A stretch of 64,000 nucleotides of DNA, from the NCBI GenBank assembly GCA_041576165.1, contig JBFGLM010000023.1:1-64000 (forward strand), given 5' to 3'. The notes below the pieces were generated by a model that did no database searches, was not told the DNA's origin, and saw nothing but the letters and a program-made list of their open reading frames with translations. This document shows, piece by piece, positions 59,041-64,000 of this stretch (positions are counted from its first letter, which is position 1; each line of letters begins with the position of its first letter). Source of the DNA: Acidimicrobiia bacterium (lineage in GTDB: Bacteria; Actinomycetota; Acidimicrobiia; Spongiisociales; Spongiisociaceae). The position numbers were made by a program, and so were the translations under genes.

Positions 59041-59409
59041 CTGGAAGGTGATCCCACGGTCGTCTACGTCCAGACCCACGGCGTCGACGAGCCATCCAAA
59101 ACCGCAACGCCGTTCTATCTGGCCACTGCTGCGGCCGCGATGGACATGAACGTCTCAATCTATTTCACGATGCACGGTGCCACGCTGCTGCGAAAAGGGG
59201 CGGGGGAGATCACCGTCAAGGAAGGCGGTGCGCCGCTCGAATCGTTCATCTCCCAGGCGCAGGACATGGGTGTCCGGTTCCTGGTCTGCCAACCCTCGCT
59301 CGACCTCAACGACCTGGTCATGGAGGACCTGATCGAGGGCGTCGAGATGATCGGCGGAGCCGCCTTCGCCGATATGGCCGTTTCGGCGGATGCGGTGATC
59401 AGCTTCTGA
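59041..59409 (+). CDS. dsrE: DsrE family (DsrE3-like) sulfurtransferase, apparent CTG start
   Basis: The frame extends upstream of ATG 59140 through VVYVQTHG...ATPFYLA.AAAAMD to CTG 59041. RBS AGAGGAG is 6 nt upstream and there is an in-frame TGA at 59026. Conserved VC..S Cys is present. Confidence 0.82.
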   Translation: MEGDPTVVYVQTHGVDEPSKTATPFYLATAAAAMDMNVSIYFTMHGATLLRKGAGEITVKEGGAPLESFISQAQDMGVRFLVCQPSLDLNDLVMEDLIEGVEMIGGAAFADMAVSADAVISF

Positions 59410-60149
59410 TGTCGGCCGTCGCCCCTCCTGCGCTCTTCACGGCCGATCGGGGGGCGACGATCTCGCCCAACAGCTACCAAGACGTCGCCTACGAAGAGAA
59501 GCTGCGCCTGTGGGAAGAGGTCAAGGCCGATGCTCGGTTCCCGACCTACCTGTACGGCTGCTACGAGTGCGGGATCTGTGTGGCGGCGTGCCCCTCTGCC
59601 CGCTTCTACGACTTCTCGCCCCGCAAGATCGCGCAGGCAGCCGGGCGCGAGGACGTCGAGTTGATCTTCGAGCAGATGAACGACGATGTCTGGAACTGCT
59701 CTCAGTGCTTCTCGTGCAACCGCTGTCCCCGCGAGAACTCGCCCGGTGGGCTCATCACCATCCTGCGTGAGGTCGCCGTCAACAACGGCCTGGCGTCATC
59801 CAAGGAGGCGCTGGAGGGGTATTCCCGGATCGTCTACAAGATCATGACCACCGGGACCCAGGTCTCGCCCGACATGCTCCAGGCCGACGCCTTCCCGGAC
59901 TGGGGCCCGGGCGTGGTCGACGTGTCCGACAACCTCGACCTGTGGCGCCGCGCCCTGCCCCCAGAGACCCTTCACACCACCTCCATGAGCTGGGAGGTGG
60001 GCCAGGAAACACTCACCGAGCTGTACCTGATCTGGCACTACAGCGGGGTGATGGACATGATCGCCGAGATCGACGAAGGCCTGCACATGATCATCATCGA
60101 CGTCATGGAGGAAACCCTCGAGGACGCCGGCTACGACATCGAACTCTGA
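59409..60149 (+). CDS. shdrC1: sHdr complex 2x[4Fe-4S] subunit C1
   Basis: CYECGICVAACP and WNCSQCFSCNRCP motifs, FPDWGP; position before B1. Confidence 0.88.
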   Translation: MSAVAPPALFTADRGATISPNSYQDVAYEEKLRLWEEVKADARFPTYLYGCYECGICVAACPSARFYDFSPRKIAQAAGREDVELIFEQMNDDVWNCSQCFSCNRCPRENSPGGLITILREVAVNNGLASSKEALEGYSRIVYKIMTTGTQVSPDMLQADAFPDWGPGVVDVSDNLDLWRRALPPETLHTTSMSWEVGQETLTELYLIWHYSGVMDMIAEIDEGLHMIIIDVMEETLEDAGYDIEL

Positions 60150-60160
60150 TAGGAGAAACG

Positions 60161-61345
60161 ATGAGCTTCATTCCCATCGATGCGCTGCGGACCAAACCGC
60201 TGCCGAAACCCGAGGACGCACCCACCCGGGACGTGCATGAGATTCTCGATGAGCTCGAAGCTGCCGGCGAACTGATCATCCACCGCGTCCCGGAACCCTA
60301 CGTGGAGGTCATGACCAAGTACGGGCGGACGAAGAAGATCCCCGAGCAGATGACGTGGCATCACAAGTCGTGCGGCCAGTGCGGGCACATCCCGGGCTAT
60401 TCCACCGCGATCTTCTGGCTGAACCGCGCGTTCGGGTTCGACTACGACGACCCAACTGACCAGACGTCGTGCACGGCATGGAACTACTACGCGTCGGCTA
60501 CGTCGAACGCGGCCGCCCAAGCCGGGGTGGCCATGCGCAACTTCGCGGCCGCATATGACACCGGGTACTTCCCAGTCATTCACTGCGGCACTTCGTATGG
60601 CCACTACAAAGAAGTACGGGAAGAGCTCATTCACCACGACGACCTGCGGGCCCAGGTCCGCGACATCATGGCCAAGCTGGGCAAGCCGCTGGTCATGCCG
60701 GAAGAGATCGTGCACTATTCGGAGTGGGTGCACGCCATGCGCGGCCGCATCGCCGAGCGCCAGGTCCTCGATTTCTCCGACATCACGGCCACCGTCCACC
60801 CGGCCTGCCATTACTACAAACTGGTGCAGGAAGACGCCATCTACGACCCCGACCTCTACGGCGGCGAACGTACCGCCACTGTCTCGGCGCTGGTCGAAGC
60901 GCTGGGAGCCACCGTCGGGGACTACTCGACGTTCTTCGACTGCTGCGGGTTCGGCTTCCGCCACATCTTGGTCGAGCGGGATTTCACGCGGTCCTTCGCC
61001 ACCCAACGCAAGATCGAGGTCATGAAGGAAGAGGCCAACCCCGACGTCGTGCTCACCCACGACACGGGCTGCGTGACCACACTCGACAAGAGCCAGTTCG
61101 CCGCCCAGGCCCACGAGAAGAACGTAGGGATTCCCGTCATGTCGGACGCCCAGTTCGCTGCCCTGGCCATGGGCGCCCATCCCTACCGGGTGTGCCAGCT
61201 CCACTGGCACACCACCGACTACACCCCGCTGCTGGAGAAGATGGGCATCGACTGGCAGGCGGCCTGGGCCGAGTTCGAGGAGGACATCGGGCGGCTCCAG
61301 CGCAACGAGATCGAGTACTTGAGCTGGGAGGACGTTGGTGTCTGA
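60161..61345 (+). CDS. shdrB1: sHdr complex CCG-domain subunit B1
   Basis: HKSCGQCGHIPGY, QTSCTAWNY, HCGTSYG, HPACHYYK, DCCGFGFRH and HDTGCVTTLD motifs; RBS AGGAGA. Confidence 0.92.
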   Translation: MSFIPIDALRTKPLPKPEDAPTRDVHEILDELEAAGELIIHRVPEPYVEVMTKYGRTKKIPEQMTWHHKSCGQCGHIPGYSTAIFWLNRAFGFDYDDPTDQTSCTAWNYYASATSNAAAQAGVAMRNFAAAYDTGYFPVIHCGTSYGHYKEVREELIHHDDLRAQVRDIMAKLGKPLVMPEEIVHYSEWVHAMRGRIAERQVLDFSDITATVHPACHYYKLVQEDAIYDPDLYGGERTATVSALVEALGATVGDYSTFFDCCGFGFRHILVERDFTRSFATQRKIEVMKEEANPDVVLTHDTGCVTTLDKSQFAAQAHEKNVGIPVMSDAQFAALAMGAHPYRVCQLHWHTTDYTPLLEKMGIDWQAAWAEFEEDIGRLQRNEIEYLSWEDVGV

Positions 61346-62396
61346 ACGGGTCCTCATCATCGGCGGTGGACCGGCCGGGCTCGAAGCGGCTCGCCTGGCC
61401 GCGCAGCTCGGTGCGCGGGTGACGGTCATCGAGAAGGACGGGGCCCTGGGCGGCCGGCCGATCTCGGAGAGTTACGCCGCGCTCACTCACGGGTTCCAGT
61501 CGGCGGAGGAATTGACCAACAGCCTGATCGACGCCGCCACCCGCCAGCCGGGAGTCGAGGTCCGGCTCGGCTCGCAGGTCACTGCCGTGGGTGGATCCGC
61601 CGGGTCGTTCGACGTCACGGTCAGCTCCGACGGCGGCGACGCCCAGATGGACGCCGGCGCCATCATCGTGGCCACGGGCTTCACGCACTTCGATCCCGGG
61701 CGTGAGACCCAGCAGTACGGGTACTACGAGTTCCCGGATGTGATCGGCATCCACGACGCGGAGAAGATGCTGAAGGATCATGCGTTCGTGACCCCCTCCA
61801 CCGGCAAGGCGCCGGAACGGGTCGCCTTCATCCAGTGTGTCGGCTCGCGCGACCGCCAGATCGGCAACGAGTACTGCTCGAAGGTGTGCTGCGGGATCTC
61901 GTCCAAGCAAGCGATCGAAGTCCGCCAGCAGGTCCCCGAATCGCGCGTGTTCATCTTCTACATCGACATGCGGATGTACGGCTACTGGGAGAACGAGATC
62001 TACTGGCCGGCGCAGGAGCAGCATCGCGTCAACTACGTGAAAGGCATCGTCACCGAGATTCTGTCCAAAAATGGCCGCCTGCTCATACGAGGCGAAGACA
62101 CCACCATGGGCCGGCCCATGGAGGTCCCGATGGACGTGGTGGTGCTGGCGGTCGGGATGGAACCGTCGCAGGGCACCCGCCAAATGGCCGAGGTTCTCGG
62201 CCTGGCGACCAACAAGTACGGGTTCATCGAGACTGTGCACGACACCCTCGATACGGTGTCGACCGCGGCTCCCGGCATCTACGTGTGCGGGGCGGCCACC
62301 GGCCCCGCCGATCTCGACGATACGATCTCCTCGGCCGGTGCCGCCGCCGGTAAAGCGGTCGCCTACCTGCGCGCAGCAGTGGGAGCGCCCGCTTGA
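61338..62396 (+). CDS. shdrA: sHdr complex flavoprotein subunit A (short HdrA lacking ferredoxin inserts)
   Basis: GGGPAG FAD site; CVGSRDRQIGN.YCSKVCC and YIDMRMYG motifs; about 350 aa. Confidence 0.92.
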   Translation: MSERVLIIGGGPAGLEAARLAAQLGARVTVIEKDGALGGRPISESYAALTHGFQSAEELTNSLIDAATRQPGVEVRLGSQVTAVGGSAGSFDVTVSSDGGDAQMDAGAIIVATGFTHFDPGRETQQYGYYEFPDVIGIHDAEKMLKDHAFVTPSTGKAPERVAFIQCVGSRDRQIGNEYCSKVCCGISSKQAIEVRQQVPESRVFIFYIDMRMYGYWENEIYWPAQEQHRVNYVKGIVTEILSKNGRLLIRGEDTTMGRPMEVPMDVVVLAVGMEPSQGTRQMAEVLGLATNKYGFIETVHDTLDTVSTAAPGIYVCGAATGPADLDDTISSAGAAAGKAVAYLRAAVGAPA

Positions 62397-63175
62397 GCGG
62401 AGCTTCCTTTTACTCCGGGCAGGTTGTCGACACTCCCACTGCCAGGGAGTTCACAACCCTCGCCCTGGAGCGGGTGAGCCGGGAGGAGCTGAGCGACATC
62501 GCCGGATTGCTCGAGCGCAAGGCCGCCGCGTTCCAGACGATTCTCGACCCTTCCCGCCTCGACCGGATGTCCGAAGCCGACGCCAGGGCGTTGCTGCGTT
62601 CCGTGTTCGCAGCTCGCCGCCGCCATCGGGTGATTCTCGACACCGTGACCCTGGACGGGTTCATCCGGCTGACCCGGGATCTGCTGACCGGCCCCGGGGA
62701 GCCGGGGGAGCGGCTGGAACGGTTCCACGCGACGATCGCCGCCATCGGACGAGACGTCCATCCCCAGGTCGGTTTCGACCTCGGCAGCAGCCTGCTCCAT
62801 TTCTCCGATCCCGACCGGCATTGGCTGTGGACCCGATGGATGTGGGACCCGGACGCCGAGACCGGATCGCTGCCGCTGATTGTGACCGAAGAGGTCGATC
62901 TGGACGGCCCCGATGTTGCCGAGACCTACCGGCGGATCGGGATCGCCATGGCCTTCATCAACGACGTGGGTGAGGCTGCCGAATTCCGACCCCAGGGTCA
63001 CGGCGTCTTCGACACCGACGTGTTCCTCGCGACCGTGTACGCCATTTACATGTACACGACCCTGCGGATGCGCATGACCCAGGAGTTCAACCAGGTCGTG
63101 CCGCAGCTGCCGGAACTGCTGCGCCGTCTGCTCGGAGTCCATCGATCGCCACTTCTCGAGGAGCAGCCCGCGTGA
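62393..63175 (+). CDS. shdrH: Conserved sHdr-associated protein H (Hyp)
   Basis: Position between shdrA and the C2-type subunit; LLHF..P...WLWTRWMWD...TG.L and DVFLA.VY..Y.Y......MTQEF motifs. Confidence 0.8.
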   Translation: MSGASFYSGQVVDTPTAREFTTLALERVSREELSDIAGLLERKAAAFQTILDPSRLDRMSEADARALLRSVFAARRRHRVILDTVTLDGFIRLTRDLLTGPGEPGERLERFHATIAAIGRDVHPQVGFDLGSSLLHFSDPDRHWLWTRWMWDPDAETGSLPLIVTEEVDLDGPDVAETYRRIGIAMAFINDVGEAAEFRPQGHGVFDTDVFLATVYAIYMYTTLRMRMTQEFNQVVPQLPELLRRLLGVHRSPLLEEQPA

Positions 63176-64000
63176 CTCGCCGCGCCAACCCCAAGGTCGA
63201 GCCCGAACGGGTGCGAGAACTGGAGCACGTCGTTGTCGACGACATGGACATCTCCGGTCACTGGAACCGGATGTTCGAGCAGCGAGTCATCTTCGACTAC
63301 GACCCCCACCAGATCGACCGGGTAGCGGATCTGCCCGGCGGCGAGTCGATGGCTTGGTGCTATCAGTGCGGCCAGTGTGTGGCGGTGTGTCCGGTCGACC
63401 ATGTCGGCAGCTACGGACCGCGCAAGATCTACCGGGACCTGCAGGTGGGGATGGATCTGTTCACCGACCCGCAGCTGTGGCTGTGCACGACGTGTGGCAA
63501 CTGCCTCCGGGTCTGTCCCAAAGAGGTCGACTTCCTCCAGATCATGCCGGCAGTGCGCAAAGAAGCGGTCCTCGAAGGCGACGTCCCGGCCGAGCTTCAG
63601 GACGTATTCGAGAAGACCGCCCGGTACGGCAACCCGTTGGGCAAGAATCCCAAACGCCGGGCAGCCTGGACCAGGGGACTGGACGTCGAGGTCCCGGTGA
63701 TCTCCGAAGTCGGGCGCAAGGTCGACGTGCTGTGGTGGGTCAGCGACTACCCGGCCTATCACCCGCGCGGCATCGACGCCTCCAAAGCGCTGGCCCGGGT
63801 CTTCACCCACCTCGGAATCGACTTCGCGATTCTCGGCGCAGAGGAGCGGCACGACGGCGACTCGATGCTGCGGGCCGGTGAGTCGGGCCTGTTCGAGATG
63901 CTGGCCGACCACAACATCGAGGTACTGAACCAGTACGAGTTCGACGTTCTGCTGACCACAGACCCCCATGCCTACAACGCGTTCCTGCACGAGTATCCGG
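63172..64000 (+). CDS. shdrB3: HdrD-like fused ferredoxin + CCG subunit (sHdrB3, type II); 3' end beyond window
   Basis: Not in the ORF track. Manual translation from GTG 63172: ...VDDMDISGHWNRMFEQR...WCYQCGQCVAVCP...LWLCTTCGNCLRVCP...YGNPLG...VLWWVSDYPAY...ILGAEERHDGD...AGESGLF...TTDPHAYNAF..EYP. The frame is open to the window edge. Confidence 0.85.
   Translation, partial: MTRRANPKVEPERVRELEHVVVDDMDISGHWNRMFEQRVIFDYDPHQIDRVADLPGGESMAWCYQCGQCVAVCPVDHVGSYGPRKIYRDLQVGMDLFTDPQLWLCTTCGNCLRVCPKEVDFLQIMPAVRKEAVLEGDVPAELQDVFEKTARYGNPLGKNPKRRAAWTRGLDVEVPVISEVGRKVDVLWWVSDYPAYHPRGIDASKALARVFTHLGIDFAILGAEERHDGDSMLRAGESGLFEMLADHNIEVLNQYEFDVLLTTDPHAYNAFLHEYP

Noticed and set aside
59409-62396. Methanogen-type HdrABC / methanogenesis
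   Set aside because: The short HdrA, sHdrB1-specific motifs, shdrH and tusA/dsrE context indicate sHdr. No mcr or mvh genes are in the window.
63354-63881. ORF-track entries 63354..63881, 63377..63700 and 63046..63990
   Set aside because: Wrong frames; the real gene starts at 63172 and runs off the window.
1-64000. CRISPR arrays, tRNA/rRNA, IS elements, prophage or defence systems
   Set aside because: No spaced direct repeats, cloverleaf-like sequences, transposase, integrase or phage genes were seen by eye. tRNAscan-SE and Infernal would be needed to exclude small RNAs.

Overview
High-GC bacterial chromosomal DNA, most consistent with an Actinomycetota genome, probably Acidimicrobiia-like. 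This rests on mycothiol-dependent MDMPI, F420-dependent LLM and DDN enzymes, MMPL, a DUF732-like lipoprotein and many apparently leaderless genes; the taxonomy is inferred from gene content only. About 62 CDS are present, mostly accessory metabolism, stress and transport. I saw no rRNA, tRNA, CRISPR array or IS element. The ORF track misses two real genes cut by the window edges: amrS (1..777, -) and an HdrD-like Fe-S fusion protein (63172..>64000, +). The main result is at the right end: an ArsR regulator divergent from tusA-dsrE2-dsrE3-shdrC1-B1-A-H-(C2/B fusion, shdrB3). This is a sulfur-oxidising heterodisulfide-reductase-like (sHdr) cluster of the poorly characterised type II layout. Its dsrE3 appears to start at CTG, and the first CCG domain of the fusion subunit has lost its cysteines. 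Other candidates of unknown function are an esterase/ATP-grasp/esterase operon and a divergent PlsY-like gene near a rifampin-phosphotransferase-architecture dikinase. The window also has a persulfide-detox module with a tandem operator and an orphan rtcA near amrS. All family calls are from motif recognition by eye; no database searches were run.
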